Shown here piece after piece: positions 10,422 through 19,551 of a DNA stretch of 64,000 nt. Below the pieces are notes generated by a model. It ran no database searches and was not told the origin of the DNA. It worked only from the letters and a program-made list of their open reading frames with translations. The translations under genes and the position numbers were made by a program. This DNA comes from Desulfatiglandales bacterium (lineage in GTDB: Bacteria > Desulfobacterota > DSM-4660 > Desulfatiglandales > Desulfatiglandaceae). Every line of letters starts with the position of its first letter. Position 1 is the first letter of the stretch. The DNA lies in contig OY762721.1 in NCBI GenBank assembly GCA_963666345.1, forward strand, positions 640,001 through 704,000, written 5' to 3'.

Positions 10422-12107
10422 TCAAATTCGAGGCGAAACTTCAAAAACCCCGATCTCATTGTCAAGGAACATAAGATTCAGTTCCCCTTTAAATAAATCT
10501 TTAAGCACCCTCTTGCCGCCCTCTTCAAAAAGATCATTGCTCCATTTATTCAGAAAACCCAGATGTGCGATAATATGGGTTATATCCCTATGCCTCAACC
10601 TCTCCAGCAGGCGTTGCGAATCCCCCCCGGCGGATTTTACCTGTCTATAGAGCCAGTCCACCTCCGCCGGGGTATCGGGTATGTAGTCCCTTTTACAATA
10701 GTAACCTCTCTTACCCAAAAAGACAAACAGGATAAGCGAATGTTCAGGCAGGTTACGGTTTGCGTACTGAATTGAAGGATACTCAGGTCTGTACCGGGTG
10801 ATGTACTCATCCCTGTCCGTTTTACCAGAAATATAGGAAAAGGGTCCTACATACTTGAACTGGTCCAAGACATAGAACAAATTCAACAAAAGGGAAAAAA
10901 CAACCGCAAAAATTACCGGAAGCGATCGTGACGTTTTCCAGCGAACTGATTTTACCGCTTTCAGGGAGGTGACCGACCTTTCTATGCCAAGCGTAGACAA
11001 TATAATCAGAGGTCCTATCAGAGGAGATAGGTATCTTATCCTCATAACAGTGCCGAAAAAGGAGAAAAGCAGAATAAGGATGGAAAAGGCAAGAAGAATT
11101 TTCTTTTCCCTCTCCAGTCCGGGAGGGCCTCTTTTAACCCTTATAAAACCAAGCATTGGAAATATAAGCAGAAAGGGATTGAGTCTTCCGTCGAATAGGC
11201 GGGGGTCCCCATCTTTTCCCTGGAAAAAAATCCTGACCGGCACAAGGGCAATCTGCCACCATTTTTCCTTGTAAATAATACTTCTATAGGCAAAGTGACC
11301 CTTTGGATGTGCCAGGGATGCATCCCTACGATCGATGTCTGAGCCGGGAAAGGTGCTGCCTGCATTGAATCTTTCTTCATAAAGGGGGTAAAAGGGATTA
11401 TTGGTCCATATATAATTTCTTATCATCCAGGGTGAGAAAATAAGAAGCGCTATCGAGAGAAACAGTGCTCCACACCACAAAGACTTTGCGAACCCGAATT
11501 TTCCGCTCCCGCTGAATCTCGCATGGATAAACAAGACAAAAAGTGTCAGAAATACCAAAACGGCAATGCCGTTATATTTGGTTCCCAGCCCAAGGCCGCA
11601 GCAGAGAGCGGACAATATAAGAAATTTCGCCTTAAATTCCTTTTGGATCCATTTCAGTATCAACAGAACCGATGCCGTCGAAAAAAATGTGAGCCCCAGA
11701 TCCACATATGCGGTTATGGAAAGCTTTATTACGACCGGCAGAGAAAGGAATAACAAGGCACCCAAAAGGGCATAAATCTTATCGGATCTTGTTTTAAGGT
11801 AATGATAGATCAGCAGGGCCGTCAAAAGTGCAAAGGAAAAATGTATGAATTTGGGGGCTATATCGTTTCCAAGATAAAGAGCGATCAGATACAGCAGATC
11901 CAGATTCATCGGATAATAGGAATATGGCATGGAAGGTATTTCAAAGATATTTCCGTGCTTCAAGTAAAGCTCGGGGACTGCCAGATGATGGACTAACGCA
12001 TCTTTGCTGACAGGCGGAACAAGACTGAGGAAAATGACAGAGGAAATAAGCAGAAGCAGAAGACCCGTCAAAAATATTTTCAAAAAAGTTTCATGTCTTG
12101 CCGACAT
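10422..12107 (-). CDS. GT-C fold lipid-carrier-dependent glycosyltransferase (ArnT/PMT-like), 561 aa
   Basis: Multi-TM protein with loop-1 Asp (PPVSKDALVHHL), YVDLG, GTKY, PWMIRNYIWTNNPFYP and RYL motifs. Confidence 0.75.
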   Translation of the reverse strand: MSARHETFLKIFLTGLLLLLISSVIFLSLVPPVSKDALVHHLAVPELYLKHGNIFEIPSMPYSYYPMNLDLLYLIALYLGNDIAPKFIHFSFALLTALLIYHYLKTRSDKIYALLGALLFLSLPVVIKLSITAYVDLGLTFFSTASVLLILKWIQKEFKAKFLILSALCCGLGLGTKYNGIAVLVFLTLFVLFIHARFSGSGKFGFAKSLWCGALFLSIALLIFSPWMIRNYIWTNNPFYPLYEERFNAGSTFPGSDIDRRDASLAHPKGHFAYRSIIYKEKWWQIALVPVRIFFQGKDGDPRLFDGRLNPFLLIFPMLGFIRVKRGPPGLEREKKILLAFSILILLFSFFGTVMRIRYLSPLIGPLIILSTLGIERSVTSLKAVKSVRWKTSRSLPVIFAVVFSLLLNLFYVLDQFKYVGPFSYISGKTDRDEYITRYRPEYPSIQYANRNLPEHSLILFVFLGKRGYYCKRDYIPDTPAEVDWLYRQVKSAGGDSQRLLERLRHRDITHIIAHLGFLNKWSNDLFEEGGKRVLKDLFKGELNLMFLDNEIGVFEVSPRI

Positions 12108-12148
12108 CTGGTAAAGCCTCTAAGAGTTAATAATCCGGCACGTTTCGA

Positions 12149-13957
12149 TTACCGATCTTGATCGGATATCCTTTTATTTATTCCTTTAATCATAAGATCA
12201 ATGTGAAGCCTCTTCCACTCAGAAGACGGGATCATATCCATATGCCCCATGGCATTTGAAAAATCCCCCAGTCTTATGTATGCCATGGCCAGGTTCTTTC
12301 TTAACAAAGAGGATTCGCCTGACAATTCCAGGCCCCTGTTCAACACCTCTATTGCGGCTTGATATTGGCCCTTTGCTCCGTGGCTTGAGCCCAGATTAGC
12401 CCAGAAATCAGATCGATCGGGGCAGAGATAAACCGCCTTTTCAAAATATCTCAAGGCCCTGTCATAATTCTTCGTCTTAAAAAAAACAGTCCCGAAATTG
12501 TTTAAGACCAACCCCTTTTGATCTGAGGTAAGATATTTCAAAGAGGCCTTTTCCAGATAAGGCAGGGCACTTTCATACCGACCCGTCTCGATTAGTAAAA
12601 CGGCATAGTTTAGGAGGACCTCACCTCCGGGATATTTTTCAAGGGCGACCTTGAGGTATTTTTCCGCCTCCCGGTATTTTTTCTTCTCAAGCAGATTTAT
12701 ACCCAGACCTCCTGAATAAAAATGGTTGTCAAACACAATAACTTCCTGAGAAAAGAAAGAATTCTCATCCTTCCATAGATTTTTATTCAATATATAGGAA
12801 TAGGAGCCAAAATAAAAAGTTATGATCAAAAGCATGGAGTTGACCAGAAAGGATCTTGACATGAGAGGCGCTTTCAATTTCCCGGCAATCAGCATTATAA
12901 AAGGTAGCGGGAAATAGAGCCATCTCATGGATATAAGAGTAACCGCCGATGTCTTTATAAGATTTAAGACGGGAAAAATTGCAATAATAAAACAGATGAG
13001 AGGAAGACAAATAAATCTGTCCCTTCTTTTCGTCCAAACAGCATATATGATCATGATCATGCCTGCAATCCCTGCCAGCCCCCTCCAGTCAGAATAATCA
13101 CAAGGATATCGGACGATAAAACTGTGGAGATCGTGGGGCAAAAATAGAAGTTTCAGGTTATAAATAATAAGATAGGGAGCAAAATAGATTCTTTCGATTA
13201 TATTTCCTGTCTCCGCAGCGGTTGTCCACGTGCCTGTTATCCCCTTTTTCAGCAAAAGATAGGAAGCAAGGATTATTATAAAAGGGACATAACCGATGAA
13301 TTCCAATTTATAATCCTTTTTTGTAACGTCAAGGAGTCGGTTAAAGACGAACAATAAAGGCGGGATCATAAAGGCAAATTCCTTTGAGGCCAGGGCCGTT
13401 GCAAAGAAAATCAGGGATAAGGTATACTTCGTCCAAGAGGCTTCTTCTCGGCCGCGGAGATATAAATATATACAGGCAATCGAAAAAAAGGTAACAAGGA
13501 TATTGTTCCTCGAAACTATAAAAGATATCGCTTCAGTGTTTACGGGATGAAGCGCAAACAGCGCAGAACCCCAAAAAGCGGGAAGGGTCTCACTGAACAG
13601 CTGCCTTAGGATATAAAAAAGTAGAATAGACGTAGCCATATGAAAAAGGATGTTAGTCAGCCTGAAACCGCAGGCATTTAACCCCCAGATCATGAAGTCC
13701 AAACGATAGGTCAGATTGACCAGCGGCCTATAATAACCCGTATGATAGGGGGCTTCATTTTTTCCGTCTATTATCGAGTCTTCCTGACTGAGATAAGATG
13801 ACAGGGAATGCCCCTGCCTCAGGTATCTGTTATTTTCGATCAAGGGTCTGTCATCAAGGATGAAACCGCCTGACAGGATAGGATGATAAGCCAGTAAAAT
13901 CAAAAGGGGGCAAACCATATAGGGTAACCACAAATGTTTTTCCGGTTTCATAAACAT
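12149..13957 (-). CDS. TMTC-like GT-C glycosyltransferase with C-terminal TPRs, 602 aa
   Basis: GFILDD, YYRPL, LFALHPVNTEAISFIVSR, SKE, RWLYFP and WKDENS motifs, followed by TPR repeats. Confidence 0.8.
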   Translation of the reverse strand: MFMKPEKHLWLPYMVCPLLILLAYHPILSGGFILDDRPLIENNRYLRQGHSLSSYLSQEDSIIDGKNEAPYHTGYYRPLVNLTYRLDFMIWGLNACGFRLTNILFHMATSILLFYILRQLFSETLPAFWGSALFALHPVNTEAISFIVSRNNILVTFFSIACIYLYLRGREEASWTKYTLSLIFFATALASKEFAFMIPPLLFVFNRLLDVTKKDYKLEFIGYVPFIIILASYLLLKKGITGTWTTAAETGNIIERIYFAPYLIIYNLKLLFLPHDLHSFIVRYPCDYSDWRGLAGIAGMIMIIYAVWTKRRDRFICLPLICFIIAIFPVLNLIKTSAVTLISMRWLYFPLPFIMLIAGKLKAPLMSRSFLVNSMLLIITFYFGSYSYILNKNLWKDENSFFSQEVIVFDNHFYSGGLGINLLEKKKYREAEKYLKVALEKYPGGEVLLNYAVLLIETGRYESALPYLEKASLKYLTSDQKGLVLNNFGTVFFKTKNYDRALRYFEKAVYLCPDRSDFWANLGSSHGAKGQYQAAIEVLNRGLELSGESSLLRKNLAMAYIRLGDFSNAMGHMDMIPSSEWKRLHIDLMIKGINKRISDQDR

Positions 13958-13987
13958 CTTTGTTGCCGCCTCTAAAAGGATATAGAT

Positions 13988-16120
13988 ATGAGGATATTTG
14001 AGTTGAATAAGTCATTATATCTGTCGGATTGCAGAAGAACAGTATTCATTTGCATCTCAGCATTCATCCTTATTCTATTGACCTATTCCAACACCTTCCA
14101 GGCCTCCTGGCATTTTGATGATAAACCAAATATACTGAACAGAGAGGCCATGCAGTTAACCGAACTTTCCTTCTCAAATATTGAAAAAACATTTTACCAC
14201 AAAGGCCAGATCTACAGACCATTTTCATGCCTGAGTCTGGCGCTTAACTACTATATCGGCCGAACGGATGTAACAGGATACCACCTGGTCAACACATCTA
14301 TTCATTGCCTGGCATCTATATTTTTATATCTATTAATATATCAGATCCTCAATCTACCAACTCTGGACGGCAGATACGAAAAGACGGCTCATTCCATAGC
14401 CCTTGTTGCCGCGCTTCTTTGGGCGATAAATCCGGTTCAGACTCAGGCCGTTACCTATATAGTACAAAGAATGGCCTCTATGGCCGCACTCTTTTACATT
14501 ATGGCCATGTACCTCTACATAAAAGGAAGAATTGCTGAAAACGCCTTTAAGAAATTTTTTTTCTTTCTTCTATGCCTATCTGCGGCCATTCTTGCTATCG
14601 GGTCAAAGGAAAATGCCGCAATGATTCCGATCAGCCTTTTCTTATTAGAACTGTTCCTGATTCAAGGGATATCGAATGTGAATCTGAGGTCAAGTTTACT
14701 GATATTAATAGCACTCATCCTTCTTCCTTTACTGGCAGTGCTTCTTCTAAGAGGCCCTTCCACCTTTGACCCCTCATACCTCTCAGCCTTTTATGAAGCA
14801 AAACCCTTCAGCATGTCAGAGAGACTTCTGACCGAACCGAGGATAATACTCTTTTATCTCTCTCTTTTGTTTTATCCTATGCCCGAAAGACTTTCCATAA
14901 GCCATGACATTTCTTTATCTCAAGGCCTTTTTGACCCGGCCACCACAATAATCTCAATTGCCGCCATAGGGCTGATCATACTGGCATGTCTGATCAGTGC
15001 AAGGAGATTGCCTTTAACGTCCTACTGCGTAATATTTTTTTTCCTGAACCATTTGATGGAATCTACGGTCTTCCCGCTTGAGCTCGTTTTCGAACACAGG
15101 AATTATCTGCCATCGATGCTTTTATTTGTGCCGCTGGCAGTCCTCATAATAGAAGGCCTTCTTTTCTTTGAAAAAAAGATTTACATGCAAGTCATCATCG
15201 CTTCATTTCCCGCCTTACTTTTGATTGGCTATGGACACAGCACCTATATTCGTAATTTCGTATGGCAAAGTGAGGGTACTCTCTGGAAAGACGCAGCAAT
15301 AAAAGCGCCCAAGCTCGCCAGGCCTCATAACAATCTCGGGAAATTCTATTTTGAAAACGGCCTGTTTGAAAAGGCATTCATGGAACATCAAAAGGCATTA
15401 TCAGGGAAATGCCTTCACCGGAAAAATGAGCACCATCTGACATATTACAACCTCGGCCTGGAATACCAGAGAAGAGGTGACCTGGACCTAGCTCTCAAAT
15501 ACTACAGGATTTCAGAAAATATAAGGCCCGATTATGCAAAACTGCAAAACAATATAGGAACCATACTTCTTGAAAAGGGTCAACCGGAGGAGGCTGCAAA
15601 GGCCTTTAGAAAGGCGGTCAATTCACACCCGACAAATTCCATATACAGCAAAAACCTCGGTTTCGTACTTCTGGAATCGGGTCTGATCAAAAAAGCGTCC
15701 GGCAGTTTTTTACAGGCCCTTGAGGTCAATCCCCATGACCAGGCAGCCCTTAAGGGCCTTGGTTACATAAACAGGTTAATCGGCAATCTAGGCACATCGC
15801 TTATTCAGTTTAAAAAAGCCCTTAGATACGATCCGATCGACCCGACCATACTCCTGTATATGGCAGAGATCTTTCTTGCTAAAAATGACAGTGCAACGGC
15901 TCGGAGCCTTATAAATGAATTCACAAAAACCGGAAACAAGATAGACCTGAATGAATATATTGACGGACTGATCAGCCCCAAAGGAAAGGAAGATGATTAT
16001 GATGCGGTTTACCGCAAAAAAGTCGTACTGAAATTGCTCTCAAATGAATTCAACGAAAAGGCTTCTGATCTTTCCCGCAGGGCAAAACATGTCCTGTCGT
16101 CTCTTGAATATATGAAATAG
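13988..16120 (+). CDS. TMTC-like GT-C glycosyltransferase with C-terminal TPRs, 710 aa
   Basis: WHFDD, IYRPFS, LWAINPVQTQAVTYIVQR, SKENA, EHRNYLPS and WQSEGTLW motifs, followed by several TPRs (HNNLG, YYNLG, QNNIG, KNLG). Confidence 0.8.
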   Translation: MRIFELNKSLYLSDCRRTVFICISAFILILLTYSNTFQASWHFDDKPNILNREAMQLTELSFSNIEKTFYHKGQIYRPFSCLSLALNYYIGRTDVTGYHLVNTSIHCLASIFLYLLIYQILNLPTLDGRYEKTAHSIALVAALLWAINPVQTQAVTYIVQRMASMAALFYIMAMYLYIKGRIAENAFKKFFFFLLCLSAAILAIGSKENAAMIPISLFLLELFLIQGISNVNLRSSLLILIALILLPLLAVLLLRGPSTFDPSYLSAFYEAKPFSMSERLLTEPRIILFYLSLLFYPMPERLSISHDISLSQGLFDPATTIISIAAIGLIILACLISARRLPLTSYCVIFFFLNHLMESTVFPLELVFEHRNYLPSMLLFVPLAVLIIEGLLFFEKKIYMQVIIASFPALLLIGYGHSTYIRNFVWQSEGTLWKDAAIKAPKLARPHNNLGKFYFENGLFEKAFMEHQKALSGKCLHRKNEHHLTYYNLGLEYQRRGDLDLALKYYRISENIRPDYAKLQNNIGTILLEKGQPEEAAKAFRKAVNSHPTNSIYSKNLGFVLLESGLIKKASGSFLQALEVNPHDQAALKGLGYINRLIGNLGTSLIQFKKALRYDPIDPTILLYMAEIFLAKNDSATARSLINEFTKTGNKIDLNEYIDGLISPKGKEDDYDAVYRKKVVLKLLSNEFNEKASDLSRRAKHVLSSLEYMK

Positions 16121-16134
16121 GCCATAATACGCAT

Positions 16135-16174
16135 AAAAAAACACGAATGCCTGTGTTTAACCAGGCATTCGTGT
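16135..16174 (-). terminator. Rho-independent terminator of pilA (between convergent genes)
   Basis: 13-bp perfect stem ACACGAATGCCTG/CAGGCATTCGTGT, 8-nt loop, U-tract on the minus strand. Confidence 0.85.
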
Positions 16175-16198
16175 GCAATAAGCTTGACAAACCCTATA

Positions 16199-16588
16199 TT
16201 ACAACGCTGGGCTATTAGGCGTAATATCGCCGCCAGGTCCTGTAACCGTATAGGTGTGCGTACCGCCTGCGTGAACGGCTGTTGCGGCGAATGAAGTTCC
16301 ATCCGCGCCTGTAATTGTGACTGTTACGTTTTTGGATGAGCCTATAAAACCGGCATCTGAAAGATTTGCGATGGTAGACGTATAGGTGTTGTTATCGGTA
16401 TGGTAGACCTCCTGCGCGGTTGCCAGATTCTTGAGATCCGACATGGATGCAGAGTTACCCGCCCTCTTCTTGTAATTTGTGAATTGCGGGATCGCAATAG
16501 CAGCAAGAATCCCGATAATTGCGATAACGATCATCAACTCAATGAGAGTAAAACCCTTTTCATTATTTCTTGTCATTTTTGAAAGCAT
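16199..16588 (-). CDS. pilA: Type IVa major pilin (117-aa mature form)
   Basis: Prepilin site [26 protein letters not shown] with E5; strong AAGGAGG RBS; own promoter and terminator. Confidence 0.93.
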   Translation of the reverse strand: MLSKMTRNNEKGFTLIELMIVIAIIGILAAIAIPQFTNYKKRAGNSASMSDLKNLATAQEVYHTDNNTYTSTIANLSDAGFIGSSKNVTVTITGADGTSFAATAVHAGGTHTYTVTGPGGDITPNSPAL

Positions 16589-16719
16589 TTTTTCCTCCTT
16601 TAATGAAATTGTTTATCATCTGGGCAACAAAACGCTACCCCCTATCTTAACCTGCAGACCAAATTAGACTGTCTTTTCTCTTCACTTTTTGCACCGACGT
16701 ATTATTTATAAATAATTAA

Positions 16720-16736
16720 TACAATTAGCATGCCAA
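16720..16736 (-). promoter_or_regulatory. Sigma54 -24/-12 promoter of pilA
   Basis: Minus strand reads TTGGCATGCTAATTGTA (GG-N10-GT, a -12 variant of GC); the adjacent gene encodes a sigma54 activator. Confidence 0.7.
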
Positions 16737-16775
16737 AAGATACAACAAAACAAATTATTACAATATACTATGTTA

Positions 16776-16788
16776 AATCAATATATTA
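16776..16788 (+). promoter_or_regulatory. IHF binding site
   Basis: AATCAATATATTA matches WATCAANNNNTTR, in an AT-rich tract between the putative enhancer and the -24/-12 element. Confidence 0.6.
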
Positions 16789-16849
16789 CATACTATTAAT
16801 ATCGAGCTTTCCTTTATCGGCAGGCTAGAATAAAGCAGAGAGGCCGACA

Positions 16850-16889
16850 TAAATAACAATTTTTGGCATCTAAATAACAATTTTTGGCA
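16850..16889. repeat. Tandem 19-bp direct repeat, candidate PilR upstream activating sequence
   Basis: TAAATAACAATTTTTGGCA at 16850-16868 and 16871-16889 (21-bp period). Confidence 0.75.
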
Positions 16890-16907
16890 AATCTTCTTCC
16901 CGTGCAC

Positions 16908-18284
16908 TCAAAGGCCCAGTTTTTCAAGGCGATATCTAAAAGACCGCATGCTTAAGCCAAGGAGGTCTGCGGCTTTCTGTTTGGACCCCTGGGCCGTTCG
17001 AATCGCCTGAAGGATCATATCTTTTTCAATATCGGCCAGAACCAGATCAAGATTTATCCCCTCAGGCCCGATATCTGTTTTTCTTCTGCTGCCCTGAACC
17101 CTTCTCGACCTGAAATTTGAAAGGGTCAGGCTTTCGGGAAGTACAATATTTGAAGCCTCCAAGGCAACGCTTCTCTCTATTATATTTTCCAACTCTCTTA
17201 CATTTCCGGGAAAGCTGTACTGAAGAAGAATATCAAGAGCATAGGCGGATATTTTTCTTATTTCCTTTCCCAATTCCATGGAATATATCTCCAGAAAATA
17301 CTGAGCAAGCAAAGGGAGGTCACCCTCCCTTTGCCTCAGAGGAGGCATCTCCAGATGGATTACATTAAGCCTGAAATATAGGTCTTCTCTGAATCTGTTT
17401 TCCATGACCTCTTTTTCAAGGTTCCTGTTTGTGGCAGAGATAAAACGGACGTCAACACTTTTCTCCTCGATCCCTCCTAAGGCGGTGAAGGTCCTCTCCT
17501 GAATAACCCGGAGGAGTTTAACCTGAATGGCCGGAGTCAACTCGCCTACTTCATCCAGGAAGACCGTCCCTCCGTCGGCCACACCGAAAAGACCCTCCTT
17601 GTCTGTATTGGCTCCCGTAAAGGCGCCCTTCTTGTAACCGAAAAGCTCACTTTCTATGAGGTTTTCAGGTATCCCGGCACAATTTATGACTATAAACGGT
17701 TTTTCCTTTCTGGAGCTAATGCCGTGTATAGCCTTGGCGACCAACTCCTTTCCTGTGCCGCTTTCACCCGATATGAGGATATTGGTTTTGGTCCTTGCAA
17801 CCCGCTCTATCAGATCATAGAGCTTCTTCATCTGAGGGCTTTCACCCACCAGGCAGTCGAAATGATAACGACCTTTCTGTTTACCTCTGTGTTCCGTCAG
17901 GCAATTGTTTTTGGGTAAAAGGGCGTCTTTGACAATTTTCTTGAAATCTATGACCTTAAAAGGCTTCGGGATGTAATCATAGGCACCTTCCCTCATGGCC
18001 TCGACAGCCGTTTCGGCAGTTGCAAATGCAGATATAAGCACGACAACTGTTTCAGGGTTTTCTCTCTTGGCCTTTTTTAACACTCCTATGCCGTCTATGT
18101 CCTCCATCCGGATGTCAGTAACCACAAGGTCAAAGGCCTCTTTCTCAAGGAGTTCACATGCCTTTTCACCATTCTCGGCAAGAGAAACCCGGTAACCTTC
18201 CTTGGAAAGCAAAATTTCCAGAAACTCCCGCATACTTGCCTCATCGTCAACAACCAGTATGCTATAGGCCTCTTTCCCAGACAA
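16908..18284 (-). CDS. pilR: Sigma54-dependent NtrC-family response regulator, PilR-like
   Basis: Receiver domain (VVDDE, TDIRM), GESGTGKE, GAFTGA, FLDEVGE, FREDLYFRLNV and C-terminal Fis HTH; lies directly upstream of pilA. Confidence 0.85.
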   Translation of the reverse strand: MSGKEAYSILVVDDEASMREFLEILLSKEGYRVSLAENGEKACELLEKEAFDLVVTDIRMEDIDGIGVLKKAKRENPETVVVLISAFATAETAVEAMREGAYDYIPKPFKVIDFKKIVKDALLPKNNCLTEHRGKQKGRYHFDCLVGESPQMKKLYDLIERVARTKTNILISGESGTGKELVAKAIHGISSRKEKPFIVINCAGIPENLIESELFGYKKGAFTGANTDKEGLFGVADGGTVFLDEVGELTPAIQVKLLRVIQERTFTALGGIEEKSVDVRFISATNRNLEKEVMENRFREDLYFRLNVIHLEMPPLRQREGDLPLLAQYFLEIYSMELGKEIRKISAYALDILLQYSFPGNVRELENIIERSVALEASNIVLPESLTLSNFRSRRVQGSRRKTDIGPEGINLDLVLADIEKDMILQAIRTAQGSKQKAADLLGLSMRSFRYRLEKLGL

Positions 18285-19551
18285 TTTTACCTCCGATCAT
18301 GGTCAGGTTATTTCTCCCTCTTAGGGTTTCCCCCAAAAAAGGCGTATTTTTACTTTTTGAAAGGATATCTTCCTCTCTCAACTCATATTCATACTCGGTG
18401 TCAATTATGGACAGATCCGCCCTCCCCTTTTCCTGAAGACTCCCGCATGGAATTCCAAGAATAGATGCGGGGTTGTAGGACATCTTTCTGATAGCCTGAG
18501 AAATAGTAAGCACTCCTTGCCTGACAAGACCCAAAACAAGAGGAACGGCAGTTTCGAGCCCAATTATACCGAAGGCGGCTTTGTCAAATTCCACCTGTTT
18601 ATCAAGTGCACTGTGAGGGGCATGATCTGTGGCTATCACATCTATAACACCATCTGCCAACCCCATTTTGACGGCCTCCACATCATCCTCCGTTCTCAGA
18701 GGAGGCTTCATTTTCGTATTCGTGTCATAGCCTCTCACGGCATTATGATTAAGGCTGAAATAGTGAGGAGCTGTTTCCGCAGTAACAGGGACTCCACTCT
18801 CCTTTGCCCTTTTAATAAGCTCAATCGATCCGGCCGAACTGACATGCGCTATATGGACAGGGCAACCTGTAAGTTTTGCAAGGGCTATATCACGAGATAT
18901 CATAATCTCTTCACTCTCTGATGGAATGCCCGGCAAACCTATCTGGGTAGACACCGTCCCCTCGTGCATGACTCCGTTTTCGGAAAGACTAAGGTCCTCG
19001 CAGTGGGAAATCACGGTAAGCCCGTGATAGCTTGCGTACTCAAGTGCCCTCCTCATAATTTCGCTGTTTATTACAGGCAACCCGTCGTCTGAGACCGCAA
19101 CGGCACCTGCTTCTTTAAGATCACCGAATTCGGTAAGGCACTCGCCCAATTGACCTACCGTAATCGCCGCCACGGGATATATTTTGGAAAAATTGTTTTG
19201 ATCGCCTTCCTTGATTATGAATTCCGTAACTGAACGGCAGTCATTTGTAGGTGAAGTATTGGGCATGCATGCCAGGCCGGTAAAACCTCCGGCTGCTCCC
19301 GCCATTGCCCCCGTGAGGATGGTCTCCTTGTATTCATAACCCGGTTCTCTAAGGTGAACATGCATGTCGATCAGACCGGGGACGACAATCCTGTCTGAGG
19401 CGTCGATAATGCAAATCTTCTTATCGTCACGGCTATAAATGCCGGGAGGAATAATTTTCGTTATTCTTTCCCCCTCTATAATAAGATCCCGTTTTTCATT
19501 CATCTCCTTGACTGGATCGATCAACGTTCCACCTTTAATCCAAGTTATCAC
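18262..19551 (-). CDS. pyrC: Dihydroorotase
   Basis: [29 protein letters not shown] and TDHAPH motifs. GTG start chosen by its GGAGG RBS. Confidence 0.95.
   Translation of the reverse strand: MITWIKGGTLIDPVKEMNEKRDLIIEGERITKIIPPGIYSRDDKKICIIDASDRIVVPGLIDMHVHLREPGYEYKETILTGAMAGAAGGFTGLACMPNTSPTNDCRSVTEFIIKEGDQNNFSKIYPVAAITVGQLGECLTEFGDLKEAGAVAVSDDGLPVINSEIMRRALEYASYHGLTVISHCEDLSLSENGVMHEGTVSTQIGLPGIPSESEEIMISRDIALAKLTGCPVHIAHVSSAGSIELIKRAKESGVPVTAETAPHYFSLNHNAVRGYDTNTKMKPPLRTEDDVEAVKMGLADGVIDVIATDHAPHSALDKQVEFDKAAFGIIGLETAVPLVLGLVRQGVLTISQAIRKMSYNPASILGIPCGSLQEKGRADLSIIDTEYEYELREEDILSKSKNTPFLGETLRGRNNLTMIGGKIVWERGL

Noticed and set aside
9551..15042. A8/T8 homopolymers in glycosylation genes (9551, 12479, 14555, 15035) as phase-variation tracts
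   Set aside because: Short A/T runs are common throughout this AT-rich window, the frames are intact, and there are no long G/C tracts.
16850..16889. Direct repeat as a CRISPR remnant or att site
   Set aside because: Only two 19-bp units with a 2-bp spacer and no cas or integrase; the promoter context explains it better.
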